Part shown: positions 1 to 7,789 of the stretch, one piece after another
Layout of the letters: every line of letters begins with the position of its first letter
Numbering within the stretch: position 1 is the stretch's first letter
IMG/VR virus record: IMGVR_UViG_2837229570_000001
DNA length: 28,898 bases
Strand: one strand, 5' to 3'
Source: an uncultured virus (IMG/VR IMGVR_UViG_2837229570_000001)
Taxonomy: Duplodnaviria; Heunggongvirae; Uroviricota; Caudoviricetes
Made by a program: the position numbers and the translations under genes
The notes under the pieces: generated by a model
What the model saw: the letters and a program-made list of their open reading frames with translations, nothing else
Told to the model about the DNA's origin: nothing
The model's database searches: none

Positions 1-537
1 GAACAGATCGCCGACCGGGTGATTGCCGTCCAGCTCGCCGACCAGCACCGGGAAAATCCCGAAAAAGAAATGTTGGAAGCGGAACTGTCCGAAAATGTCC
101 GAAAGCAAGATAACATCATGCGCGCCATTGAGGACGGAACCGGCAGCGCCCGGCTCTCTGCCCGGCTGCGTGATCTCGAAGAACAGGAAAGCATACTGCG
201 CGCCCAACTGGCCGCCATTGATGAACCCGCCGCCGCGCCGGTCTATGACCGTGACCAGCTCATTTTTATGCTGTCCCAATTCCAGCGCGGCCCGGACGAA
301 CAGGACGAGGAATACAAGCAGCGGCTCATAGATACTTTTGTCCATGCCGTCTATCTCACTGACGAAATAGCCTTTGTGCAATTTAACATAACCGACCCCG
401 AAAAAGCAGAAAGCACCACGCTCGAAAGCGTGATGCTTGATCTGCTCCACGGTAAACCCATCGCGGAAAACCCCAGTAATTCGGGGCTTTCCGCCGGGTT
501 CGACCGGGTTTCACTTGGTGGAGGCGGGGGGAGTTGA
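1..537 (+). CDS. C-terminal part of a large serine recombinase/integrase (5' end outside window) of an island integrated at tmRNA
   Basis: Coiled-coil followed by KQRLIDTFVHAVYLTDE..VQFN, typical of LSR C-termini; frame open from the window edge; ends inside the tmRNA 3' end. Confidence 0.75.
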   Translation, partial: EQIADRVIAVQLADQHRENPEKEMLEAELSENVRKQDNIMRAIEDGTGSARLSARLRDLEEQESILRAQLAAIDEPAAAPVYDRDQLIFMLSQFQRGPDEQDEEYKQRLIDTFVHAVYLTDEIAFVQFNITDPEKAESTTLESVMLDLLHGKPIAENPSNSGLSAGFDRVSLGGGGGS

Positions 538-871
538 ACCCCCGTCCGAAAACGTTTGAACGGGAACTTCTCCGGGCGCAGACGGTTTTTTAAGATTCCC
601 TTCCCCAAGCGCGAGCCGTCACGCTCAGAGGGTCGGTAGCTTCATGATGCATGGTGCGCTCAAAGCTTTGCGCACGCACGGTCCCCACTCAAATGACGCC
701 CCAATCCGGCTCGTGGGCCTTCCGGTTGGAACGGTCGCGGGCTAGTTAGGCCGCGACGAGTTCGCAGTTATCGTTGTTCTTTAATTTATAAAGAGTGCCC
801 GTTTTTAGAAGGTCAGGCGCCTTCGCCCGCTATTCCCGCCTCCGCGTCCCCGTCGAAACCGGTACGCCCCC
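516..871 (-). ncRNA. ssrA: tmRNA
   Basis: 5' GGGGGCGTACCGGTTTCGAC and 3' GGTTCAACTCCCCCCGCCTCCACCA; Ala-type acceptor stem with G3:U; internal tag frame ...KNNDNCELVAA*; smpB nearby. Confidence 0.97.
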
Positions 872-879
872 ATGTCGTC

Positions 880-1034
880 GGAGCAAGCTGCGCTCCGTTT
901 CATCCGCCTAACGGCGGATATACACTCTGCTCCGCTGCTCCGACTCTCCCCGGCAAAGCCGCATTGCTGGGCTCCGCCGGGGTAACGTGGGAACGGGAGC
1001 AAGCTGCGCTCCGTTTCATCCGCCTGACGGCGGA
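880..1034. repeat. 39-bp direct repeat pair (880-918, 996-1034) flanking a GC hairpin; REP-like intergenic element
   Basis: GGAGCAAGCTGCGCTCCGTTTCATCCGCCT(A/G)ACGGCGGA twice, one mismatch. Confidence 0.8.
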
Positions 1035-1059
1035 AAAACCAAAATTGACGGCTGCCGCC

Positions 1060-1581
1060 TCAGGCCTTCTCCGGCGCGGGATAGTCCACACCGAAGGTCT
1101 CCACGGTGACGGCCTTGATCCGCTGCTCCGCCCGGGGGCGGTCCATGCGGTCCCGGGGCTGGTTCACGATGGCGTCGGCCACGTCCATGCCCTCGGTCAC
1201 CTTGCCGAAGGCCGCGTACTCCCCGTCCAGGTGGGGGGCCTTCTCCACCATGATGAAGAACTGGCTCCCGGCGGAGTTGGGGTTCATGGCCCGGGCCATG
1301 GACAGCACGCCCCGGTCATGCTGGAGGCTGTTCGAAAAGCCGTTGTGGCTGAACTCCCCGCGGATGGAGTAGCCGGGGCCGCCCATGCCGGTGCCGTCCG
1401 GACAGCCGCCCTGGATCATGAAGCCGGGGATCACCCGGTGGAAGATGAGCCCGTTATAAAAGCCGGACTGCACCAGGCTGACAAAATTGTTGACGGTGTT
1501 GGGGGCCACCTCGGGATAGAGTTCGGCCACCATCTTTCCGCCGTTTTCCATCTCAATGGTCACAATGGGGTTCTGGGCCAT
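1060..1581 (-). CDS. Cyclophilin-type peptidyl-prolyl cis-trans isomerase
   Basis: FHRVIPGFMIQGG, GVLSMAR, NSAGSQFFI, HLDGEYAAFG motifs; ATG at 1581 with AAAGGAG RBS. Confidence 0.96.
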   Translation of the reverse strand: MAQNPIVTIEMENGGKMVAELYPEVAPNTVNNFVSLVQSGFYNGLIFHRVIPGFMIQGGCPDGTGMGGPGYSIRGEFSHNGFSNSLQHDRGVLSMARAMNPNSAGSQFFIMVEKAPHLDGEYAAFGKVTEGMDVADAIVNQPRDRMDRPRAEQRIKAVTVETFGVDYPAPEKA

Positions 1582-1614
1582 GGGAAACACTCCTTTCTGT
1601 TGGGGGAGTATCGT

Positions 1615-1643
1615 AGAATACCACACTCCCCATGCCGTGTCAA
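1615..1643 (-). promoter_or_regulatory. sigma-A promoter of cyclophilin gene (may read through to ssrA)
   Basis: TTGACA-17 nt-TATTCT with TGn extension. Confidence 0.7.
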
Positions 1644-1660
1644 GTGAGAATATGTGGATC

Positions 1661-2125
1661 TTACCGGCGCCGTTCCTTCAGGGTGCGGTCCATCTCCCGC
1701 TTGGCGTCCCGGGCGGCGGCGGCAGAGCGCTTGTCGTAGAGCTTTTTGCCCTTGCACAGGCCCACCGACAGCTTGATGTGGGGCCCGCGGAAATAGACCG
1801 ACAGGGGCACCAGAGCGTAGCCGTCCTGCTTCACCTTGGCGTAGAGCCGGAGAATCTCCCGCTTGTGCATCAGCAGGCGGCGGGGGCGCACCGGGTCCCG
1901 GTTGAAGATATTCCCCTTCTCATAGGGGCTCACATGGAGGCCGTGGACCATCATCTGCCCGTCCTTGATGATGCAGAAGGAGTCCTTCAGATTCACATTG
2001 CCCATGCGGATGGATTTGACCTCCGTGCCGCAGAGCTCGATGCCGGCCTCATATTGCTCCTCCACGAAATAGTCGTGGTAGGCCTTGCGGTTGGACGCGA
2101 TCTGCTTGACTGCCGCGTGGTCCAA
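1661..2125 (-). CDS. smpB: SsrA-binding protein SmpB
   Basis: NRKAYHDY, EAGIELCGTEVKSIR, GKKLYDKR motifs; TTG start with AAAGGAGG RBS. Confidence 0.98.
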   Translation of the reverse strand: MDHAAVKQIASNRKAYHDYFVEEQYEAGIELCGTEVKSIRMGNVNLKDSFCIIKDGQMMVHGLHVSPYEKGNIFNRDPVRPRRLLMHKREILRLYAKVKQDGYALVPLSVYFRGPHIKLSVGLCKGKKLYDKRSAAAARDAKREMDRTLKERRR

Positions 2126-2208
2126 GGGCGCGCCTCCTTTCCTGAGGGTGACGGTATGCCGTGCCGGGAAAACTGTGGGCCGCGGCAGCGGCCTGACCGG
2201 CAGAGATG

Positions 2209-2237
2209 ATTATAACACATTCCGCCGGGCTTTAAAA
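2209..2237 (-). promoter_or_regulatory. Extended -10 promoter of smpB, overlapping the immA stop codon
   Basis: TGT-TATAAT (-10 at 2209-2214); weak -35 region coincides with TAA at 2232-2234. Confidence 0.55.
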
Positions 2238-2690
2238 GGGGTTTTTGTCCCCGGGGAGGGGCGGCACCGTGCTCCGGCGGTACCGGGCCAGAGGGAGGGG
2301 GACCCCCATCCACCGCGCCACCTGCTCGTCCGACCACTCGGCGCACTCCCGCAGGTCGGCATCGTCATACAGGAGGTCCACTGCGAAGCGGTGGGCCTCG
2401 TTTTCATATTTGTTGGCCACCATGCAGGTGTTGCGGTCCATAAACAGGCGGTTGAGGCCCCGGTGGAGGAAGTGGTGCCCCAGCTCGTGGGCGCACACCA
2501 GGCGCTGCTGAGGCTCGTCCAGGCAGGCATTGACATAGACAATGGTGCGCCGCTTCACATACTGGTGCAGGCCCCGCATCTCCACCAGCGGGGCGCGGAT
2601 CACAATGAACCCAAGCTCCTCCGCAATGCGGAAGGGGTCCCGTGTGCCATGCTGCGCCGCCACTCTATTTGCGAGTGCCTTCGTGTCCAT
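2232..2690 (-). CDS. immA: ImmA/IrrE-family Zn metallopeptidase (anti-repressor)
   Basis: AHELGH HExxH motif, ENEAHRFA, GTRDPF N-terminus; directly downstream of an HTH repressor. Confidence 0.9.
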   Translation of the reverse strand: MDTKALANRVAAQHGTRDPFRIAEELGFIVIRAPLVEMRGLHQYVKRRTIVYVNACLDEPQQRLVCAHELGHHFLHRGLNRLFMDRNTCMVANKYENEAHRFAVDLLYDDADLRECAEWSDEQVARWMGVPLPLARYRRSTVPPLPGDKNPF

Positions 2691-3128
2691 TCAAGCCTCC
2701 TCTTTGGGCCCGCGGTACTTTTTGGGGGTATAGGTCTCCTTGTTTCTCAGACGGGCGGCCTCCAGGCCCAGCTTCATGGCTGCGGTGAGAGAGTCCCTGG
2801 CCTCCGGGGACATGGGCACCCCGTCGAACATCAGGTCCCCGCTGTTCTCCAAGTCCCCCATGATGCGCTCCACCTCCCGGGCCACGTCACGGCGCTCCCG
2901 CTCCGTCAGGGTGGAGCGGCCCCGCCCGGCGGGCAGGTCCTCCAGCACCTCATAGGGGCTGACGCCGAAATACTCTGAGAGCTTCCGCACCACCTCCGGC
3001 GAAGGCTCCTTGGCCTCGTTGGCCTTCCACTTGGACACCAGGGACTTGCTGATCCCGGCCTCCACGGCGGCCCGGGTGGGGACCACGCCCTTCCGGCGGC
3101 AGAGCTCCAGAAACCGATCATAAAACAC
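2691..3128 (-). CDS. ImmR/XRE-family HTH repressor
   Basis: HTH (TRAAVEAGISKSLVSKWK) and C-terminal LMFDG..NKETYTPKKYR; GTG at 3128 with GGGGTGA RBS preferred (ATG 3146 is an alternative). Confidence 0.88.
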   Translation of the reverse strand: MFYDRFLELCRRKGVVPTRAAVEAGISKSLVSKWKANEAKEPSPEVVRKLSEYFGVSPYEVLEDLPAGRGRSTLTERERRDVAREVERIMGDLENSGDLMFDGVPMSPEARDSLTAAMKLGLEAARLRNKETYTPKKYRGPKEEA

Positions 3129-3187
3129 AAAATCACCCCGTTCCATTTGTGCACCCCGACAAAGTTCCCAAAATTCATAAAAATGGG

Positions 3188-3216
3188 TAGACAAGTTGAA
3201 AACAATGAACTATTAT
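3188..3216 (+). promoter_or_regulatory. Rightward early promoter with an operator in its spacer
   Basis: TAGACA(3188-3193)-17 nt-TATTAT(3211-3216). Confidence 0.7.
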
Positions 3217-3336
3217 GAGGGCGGGAGGTTGAAAAACGAGAACTACAGTTGAATACTGGACACTAATGCATCCAGCATACCACATATGTTGCTGGTTTTC
3301 AACCAAAATCAAGGGAGAAGTTGAATTTTGTGCAAA
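3194..3336. promoter_or_regulatory. Five imperfect 18-bp operator-like sites (3194-3211, 3227-3244, 3247-3264, 3287-3304 reverse, 3319-3336)
   Basis: AGTTGAAAACAATGAACT, GGTTGAAAAACGAGAACT, AGTTGAATACTGGACACT, rc GGTTGAAAACCAGCAACA, AGTTGAATTTTGTGCAAA. Confidence 0.7.
3274..3302 (-). promoter_or_regulatory. Leftward repressor promoter
   Basis: TTGAAA-17 nt-TATGCT with TGn extension on the minus strand. Confidence 0.7.
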
Positions 3337-3375
3337 ACGATGAACGGATTTCCGGCTACAAGAGGAGGATACCAG

Positions 3376-3561
3376 ATGAAGGGTCCCATAAAACGGACTT
3401 TTGAACGGGCGGGCCAGATTCCGCCGCCCTGGAGCGACCCCCAGGACCAACGCCCCTGGGCCTGGTGCCGGCGGTGCCTGGGCGAGATCTACGCCCCCAC
3501 GGCGGACGGCGCGGCCCTGTGCCGCCAGTGCCGACGGGAGAAGCGGGGCAGAGGCGGGTGA
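3376..3561 (+). CDS. Small phage Zn-finger-like protein
   Basis: GAGGAGG RBS; DPQD..CRRCLGEIY..CRQC; GTGA overlap with next gene. Confidence 0.65.
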   Translation: MKGPIKRTFERAGQIPPPWSDPQDQRPWAWCRRCLGEIYAPTADGAALCRQCRREKRGRGG

Positions 3562-3845
3562 AGAACAGCTTTGTGCTCTATCACGACTGGGAGGAGCCGG
3601 TGAAGCTCCTCACCGACGCGCAGGCGGGGGCGCTGTTCAAGGCCATCTTCGCCTATGAGAAGCGGGGGGAGGAGCCCCCGGAGGACCCGGCGGTGCGGAT
3701 GGCGTTCCGGTTCATCCGGACGGCGCTGGACGAGAACCGGGTCAAGTACGAGGCCCGGGCGAGGAAGAACCGGGAGAACGGCCTGCTGGGCGGACGGCCC
3801 AGAAACCCAGTGGGTTCTTGGGAAAGCGGTAAAAGCGGATACTGA
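3558..3845 (+). pseudogene. Truncated phage replication initiator, N-terminal DUF6291-like domain only
   Basis: KNSFVLYHDW..LTDAQAGALFKAIFAY..NRENGLLGGRP; the low-complexity linker (KADTESASVSDSVS) lies in another frame and stops at 3885. Confidence 0.65.
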
Positions 3846-3961
3846 GTCTGCGTCTGTCTCTGACTCTGTATCTGCTCCTTTCTGAGGAAAGGAGGCGCGA
3901 GGACGTTTGGGCGGATTTGTGGAAAACCCGGTGGAAAACCGGGAGAGAGGAGGTGGGGATC

Positions 3962-4189
3962 GTGCGGGACCCCATGGGATTTCGGGGCGTGCGGCCGGTG
4001 GACCCGGACTGCTACGCCCAGCCGGGGCGGCGGCCCTGGCGGGAAGCGGAGAGACCGGCCAGGGCGGAGCGGGGCGGCGAGCCCCAGTGGAAGATCGACT
4101 ACTGCCTGGAGCGGTGCCCCCTGCCGGGGGAGAAGTGCCGGGGCAGAGGACTCTGCCCGGCGAGAGGGAGGAGCGGGAAGCATGAGTAA
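3962..4189 (+). CDS. Small Cys-rich hypothetical phage protein
   Basis: AGGAGG RBS before GTG; IDYCLERCPLPGEKC..C; overlaps the next start. Confidence 0.5.
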   Translation: MRDPMGFRGVRPVDPDCYAQPGRRPWREAERPARAERGGEPQWKIDYCLERCPLPGEKCRGRGLCPARGRSGKHE

Positions 4190-4589
4190 ACCGAGGTACG
4201 ACTGGTGGAGCTACGTAAAGGGAATGATCCGGCGCTATCCGGAGCTGCGGCGGCGGTACGGCGCGCTGCGGGAGGGGCGGCTGACGGCGGACTACTCCGG
4301 GATGCCCCGGGGCGGCGGAGACGGGCGGGCGGTGGAAGGCCTGGCCATCCGGGAGCTGCCCAGCACCAGCCAGCGGGAGTATGAGGCCGTGCGCCGGGCG
4401 GTGGAGACCACCGAGCACTACCGCAACGGGCAGGAGCGGCTGAAGGTGATCGAGCTGGTGCTGTGGAAAAAGACCCACAACCTCCAGGGCGCCGCCCTCC
4501 AGATCCCCTGTCATGTGGACACCGCCAAGGTCTGGCATGGGGATTTTATCCGCCTGGTGGCCAGCTATTACGGCCTGATGGATGAGTAA
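4182..4589 (+). CDS. RinA/ArpU-like late transcriptional activator
   Basis: MSKPRYDWWSYVKGMIRRYP N-terminus, C-terminal HTH-like region; last early gene before the packaging genes. Confidence 0.7.
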   Translation: MSKPRYDWWSYVKGMIRRYPELRRRYGALREGRLTADYSGMPRGGGDGRAVEGLAIRELPSTSQREYEAVRRAVETTEHYRNGQERLKVIELVLWKKTHNLQGAALQIPCHVDTAKVWHGDFIRLVASYYGLMDE

Positions 4590-4678
4590 GAAGCGCGGAG
4601 TGCCTGGGAACAGGCACAAAAAGGCCGCCCCGGGAGGGGCGGCAAAGGAAATGTATGGGGGAGAACAATGGGAGGCGG

Positions 4679-4852
4679 TCAGTTCTTGGTGCGTTTGGCG
4701 ACGCGGAAGAGCCAGATGCTGCCGATGATGCCCGCGATAGCGCCGAAGACCATCCAGGTCTCGGGAAGGGCCAGACCACAGGCCAGCGCTATTAGACTCA
4801 TAAATAACAAGGAAGAAGCTGTGTAATAAAAAAAAGCCTTGTTGCTTATCAA
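4679..4852 (-). CDS. Small two-TM membrane peptide, copy 1 (57 aa)
   Basis: TTG start after GGGAGTG; hydrophobic with basic tail RVAKRTKN; own promoter TTGACC-17-TATCAT. Confidence 0.7.
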   Translation of the reverse strand: MISNKAFFYYTASSLLFMSLIALACGLALPETWMVFGAIAGIIGSIWLFRVAKRTKN

Positions 4853-4930
4853 GAAGATCACTCCCATTCAACCTGATAATCCAATGATAACAGAATTTAA
4901 AAACGCGGTCAAGGAGAGGAGACAATACAG

Positions 4931-5017
4931 ATGGCGGAGGGTATCAACACGAGGGAACTGAACAAGGGGTCCGAGAGACGATAAAAGGGCTGAGGAAGGT
5001 CACGTTCAAGCTGACCC
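4931..5017 (+). pseudogene. Frameshifted 5' fragment of tape-measure-like gene A
   Basis: MAEGINTRELNKG / IKGLRKVTFKLT versus MAESIHIKELNKGIRETVKGLREVTIKLT. Confidence 0.75.
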
Positions 5018-5041
5018 TGCAAGGAGAACAACGGGAGGCGG

Positions 5042-5212
5042 TCAGTTCTTGGTGCGTTTGGCCACACGGAAGAGCCAAATGCTACAAGGAATGCCCGGAA
5101 TACTCGCAACGATCATCCAGGTCTCGGGAAGGGCCAGACCGCAGAGCAGCGCCAAAAGACTCATAAGCAATAAATTGGTAGCAATGATATAGAAAAATGC
5201 CTTGTTACTCAA
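5042..5212 (-). CDS. Small two-TM membrane peptide, copy 2 (56 aa; not in the ORF track)
   Basis: Hand translation MSNKAFFYIIATNLLLMSLLALLCGLALPETWMIVASIPGIPCSIWLFRVAKRTKN; GGAGGTG RBS; promoter TTGACT-17-TAACAT. Confidence 0.7.
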   Translation of the reverse strand: MSNKAFFYIIATNLLLMSLLALLCGLALPETWMIVASIPGIPCSIWLFRVAKRTKN

Positions 5213-5288
5213 GAAGGTCCACCTCCCCAGCAGGATAACACAATGTTACCAGAATTTAAAGATACAGTCAAGGAAAGGAGAAACACAG

Positions 5289-6935
5289 ATGGCGGAGAGC
5301 ATCCATATCAAAGAACTGAACAAGGGGATACGAGAGACGGTGAAAGGGTTACGGGAGGTCACGATTAAACTGACCCCGCTGGAGGAAGCGCTGCCGGAGG
5401 TCACCCAGGGCATCGGCAAGCTGGAGCACGGCGCGGAGGAGGCGGGCTCGACCCTGGCGGAGAGCGGGAAGCGATTCACCAAGCCGGAGGACGGCGGGGA
5501 GGCGGGGACCTCCAGGCTGGCGGGCGGCATATCAAAGGCGGCACTGGACAATCTGGTCAAATCAGGAATGTGGAGTACGATAGGCAGGACGACCAGCGCC
5601 GCGGCCGAGGCAGGGTTCTCCAGCCTGTTGGGCGACACGGCGGGGAGCATGGCGTCCCACATCGTGTCGGACGCGGGGACCGGGCTGATGTTCGGGCTGC
5701 TGAACGCCACGGCGGCGGGGGGCGGCATCGCGGCCAGCGCGGCCACAGCGGCGGGCGGCATCGCCGGCGCGATGGGGGGCCTGGGGAGCGTTCTGGGCGG
5801 CCCGGTCGGGGGGCTGGTGGTGGGCGCCCTGTTCGGCGTGGCGGAAGGGATCGTGGAGTCCTTCGAGAAGCAGGACCAGGCCTTCCAGGACTATGTAAAG
5901 AGCCAATACGACCGGGTGATGCAGGAGCAGCAGGCCATGCTGCAGCGGGGCACCACCCTGGCGGCGGCGGGAGACGAGGAGTACCAGGCGGCCATGCGCG
6001 GCCTGGAGGAGGCCCAGAACGAGCTGGAGAAGCTGATGGGTCAGGGCTTTATCGACACCCGCAAGGATGGAATCCAGGCGCAGAAGGAGTGGCTGGAGGA
6101 GCAGACCAAGCAGAAGGAAGAGGGGGAAACCGGGCTGGGGCTGGGGGACGCCTACGGGCTCATCGGCTCCTTCCAGGCCTCCCTGGAGAACGACAAGGAG
6201 CGGCTGGAGCGGGATGCTCTGAGCATCGTGATGGGAGATGGGGAAAAAATCAGCAGCTACCAGGACAGCGCCCAACGGGAGCGGCTGGAGGAGCTGCAGG
6301 CCCAGTACCAGGCGCTGGAGGAGCAGTACGGCGCGACCGACAGCGAGGAGATGCAGAGAAAGATCGGGGCAAAGATGGGGGCGCTGCTGGCGGAGGCCCA
6401 GATCATCGCCGCCAACGAGTACAACGCCTCCGAAGGGGCCCAGCTCATGCAGGAGTCCAACCTGGCGCTGGTACAGGGCATCCGGGACGACTCGGTGCTG
6501 CAAAAGGAGTATTACAACGCCGGGTACACGATGGGAGAGGAGTTCAGCCAGGGCATCCTGGCGGCCAGGATGGAGAACGCCTTCTCCCCGGTGGACTACG
6601 GCCTGGCCCCGGAAGAAGGGGGGGCCGGAATCGGCTCGGCAACATCGGAGCCGGAAAACAATGCGATCCCATCGGCATACAAGGTGAAGGCGGACAGCGG
6701 CATCCATGGGCGCTATGCCTACGGCCTGGACTATGTGCCTTACGACAACTTCCCGGCCCTGCTACACCAGGGCGAGCGGGTGCTGACGGCCTCCCAGGCA
6801 CGGTCCGCGGACCGGGGCGGCGGGGTAAACGTGACCTTCTCGGGACCGGTCACCGTCCGGGAGGAGGCGGACCTGGACCGGCTGGCGGCCAAGCTGGCCG
6901 AAAAGGTGGCCCGGGCGGCCCTGCTGCGGGGCTGA
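5289..6935 (+). CDS. Tape-measure-like protein A (548 aa), outside the tail operon
   Basis: AAAGGAG RBS; Gly/Ala hydrophobic zipper, long helical region, C-terminal AYGLDYVPYDNFPALLHQGERVLTA..VREEADLDRLA typical of tape-measure C-termini. Confidence 0.7.
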   Translation: MAESIHIKELNKGIRETVKGLREVTIKLTPLEEALPEVTQGIGKLEHGAEEAGSTLAESGKRFTKPEDGGEAGTSRLAGGISKAALDNLVKSGMWSTIGRTTSAAAEAGFSSLLGDTAGSMASHIVSDAGTGLMFGLLNATAAGGGIAASAATAAGGIAGAMGGLGSVLGGPVGGLVVGALFGVAEGIVESFEKQDQAFQDYVKSQYDRVMQEQQAMLQRGTTLAAAGDEEYQAAMRGLEEAQNELEKLMGQGFIDTRKDGIQAQKEWLEEQTKQKEEGETGLGLGDAYGLIGSFQASLENDKERLERDALSIVMGDGEKISSYQDSAQRERLEELQAQYQALEEQYGATDSEEMQRKIGAKMGALLAEAQIIAANEYNASEGAQLMQESNLALVQGIRDDSVLQKEYYNAGYTMGEEFSQGILAARMENAFSPVDYGLAPEEGGAGIGSATSEPENNAIPSAYKVKADSGIHGRYAYGLDYVPYDNFPALLHQGERVLTASQARSADRGGGVNVTFSGPVTVREEADLDRLAAKLAEKVARAALLRG

Positions 6936-6952
6936 ACGGGACCTTCCGTCCA

Positions 6953-7573
6953 TTACAGCGGAGGCAGCACAGTGAGCATGGCAAGCCCGCCGGTGACGAT
7001 ATAGGAGAAAGACGCGCTCTCCCCGTTGAAGAAATTCATGGTGCCGTCGGTAAAGGCGGCATTCGCAATATCAAGGGATTCGTCCAACGACGCGATTTCC
7101 TCACTGGAGGAAAAGCCGCCGGTGACGACCGCAAGGTAGCTGCCGAATACTTTGGCATCGCTCTCACTCAGTTGAGAAGAATCTCCAGTGAGGAATACCT
7201 GTGTAAGTTCGCCGGAATCCTTGGCCTCATACAGAATGCAGCTGGCGCCGGGACAGATGCTGTAAGAGTACGCCACCAAATCCCCGTTTTCGGCATCGGG
7301 CAGTTCAGATATGTCCGGATCATTTTCAAAGGCGTTGGGAAGATCGCTGGAGGAAAACGTATTGGACATGGCCTCGGCCATAGCGGAGCGGGAGAGGCCA
7401 AACGTGGCGCCGGTATAGGGAGTCACCTCGCCGGCAGGAGGAGCAGAGACCGCAACAACGGGAGACTGGCCGGGATCGCCCGTCGGAGCAGGCTGATCGG
7501 AAGAGGCAGAGCCGCAGGCGGCTGTGAGGGTAAGGCACAGGGACAGAGTCAGCAGGCAAGAGAGCTTTTTCAC
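6953..7573 (-). CDS. Acidic lipoprotein (moron-like)
   Basis: MKK-hydrophobic-LTAAC lipobox, Pro/Ser linker; AGGAGG RBS; lower GC than neighbours. Confidence 0.8.
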   Translation of the reverse strand: MKKLSCLLTLSLCLTLTAACGSASSDQPAPTGDPGQSPVVAVSAPPAGEVTPYTGATFGLSRSAMAEAMSNTFSSSDLPNAFENDPDISELPDAENGDLVAYSYSICPGASCILYEAKDSGELTQVFLTGDSSQLSESDAKVFGSYLAVVTGGFSSSEEIASLDESLDIANAAFTDGTMNFFNGESASFSYIVTGGLAMLTVLPPL

Positions 7574-7598
7574 TGTAAAATCCTCCTATTCATTGTTT

Positions 7599-7657
7599 GG
7601 ATTTGTGAATATTTACAAATCCCTTGCAAGTATAGCACAACTGTAATGGATCAGCAA
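7599..7657 (-). promoter_or_regulatory. Lipoprotein promoter with a downstream palindrome
   Basis: TTGCTG-17-TATACT (7657-7629) with TGn; GGATTTGTGAATATTTACAAATCC near-perfect palindrome at 7599-7622. Confidence 0.6.
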
Positions 7658-7789
7658 GAGCATCGTGACAGTGCGAAGCGCGGAGACGGCACCAAAAGGG
7701 GCCCCCGCAAAGCCGCAAGGCAAATCGGGGACCCACGAAAGGCAAAACGCCTTTCGTGGGAGAGCCGGAGGCCATCCCACCACCGGGGG

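Larger units (their letters stand above)
4660..5378. repeat. Diverged tandem duplication, period 363 bp (membrane-peptide gene, promoter, first codons of tape-measure-like gene)
   Basis: GGAGAACAA(T/C)GGGAGGCGGTCAGTTCTTGGTGCGTTTGG at 4660 and 5023; ATGGCGGAG..GAACTGAACAAGGGG at 4931 and 5289. Confidence 0.85.

Noticed and set aside
1..537. Recombinase as the integrase of the PBSX-like element
   Set aside because: Separated from it by the host genes ssrA, cyclophilin and smpB, and attached to the ssrA 3' end on the far side; it belongs to another island
516..560. Stand-alone tRNA gene
   Set aside because: The T-arm/acceptor sequence is the 3' tRNA-like domain of tmRNA; its 5' partner is at 865-871
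7599..7622. Rex operator
   Set aside because: TTGTGAA half-site present, but spacing is 2 nt shorter than the 18-bp Rex consensus
7700..7765. c-di-GMP-I riboswitch (GCAAAGCC and GGCAAA words)
   Set aside because: The words occur in the wrong order and the GNRA/receptor architecture is not evident; an Rfam scan would settle it
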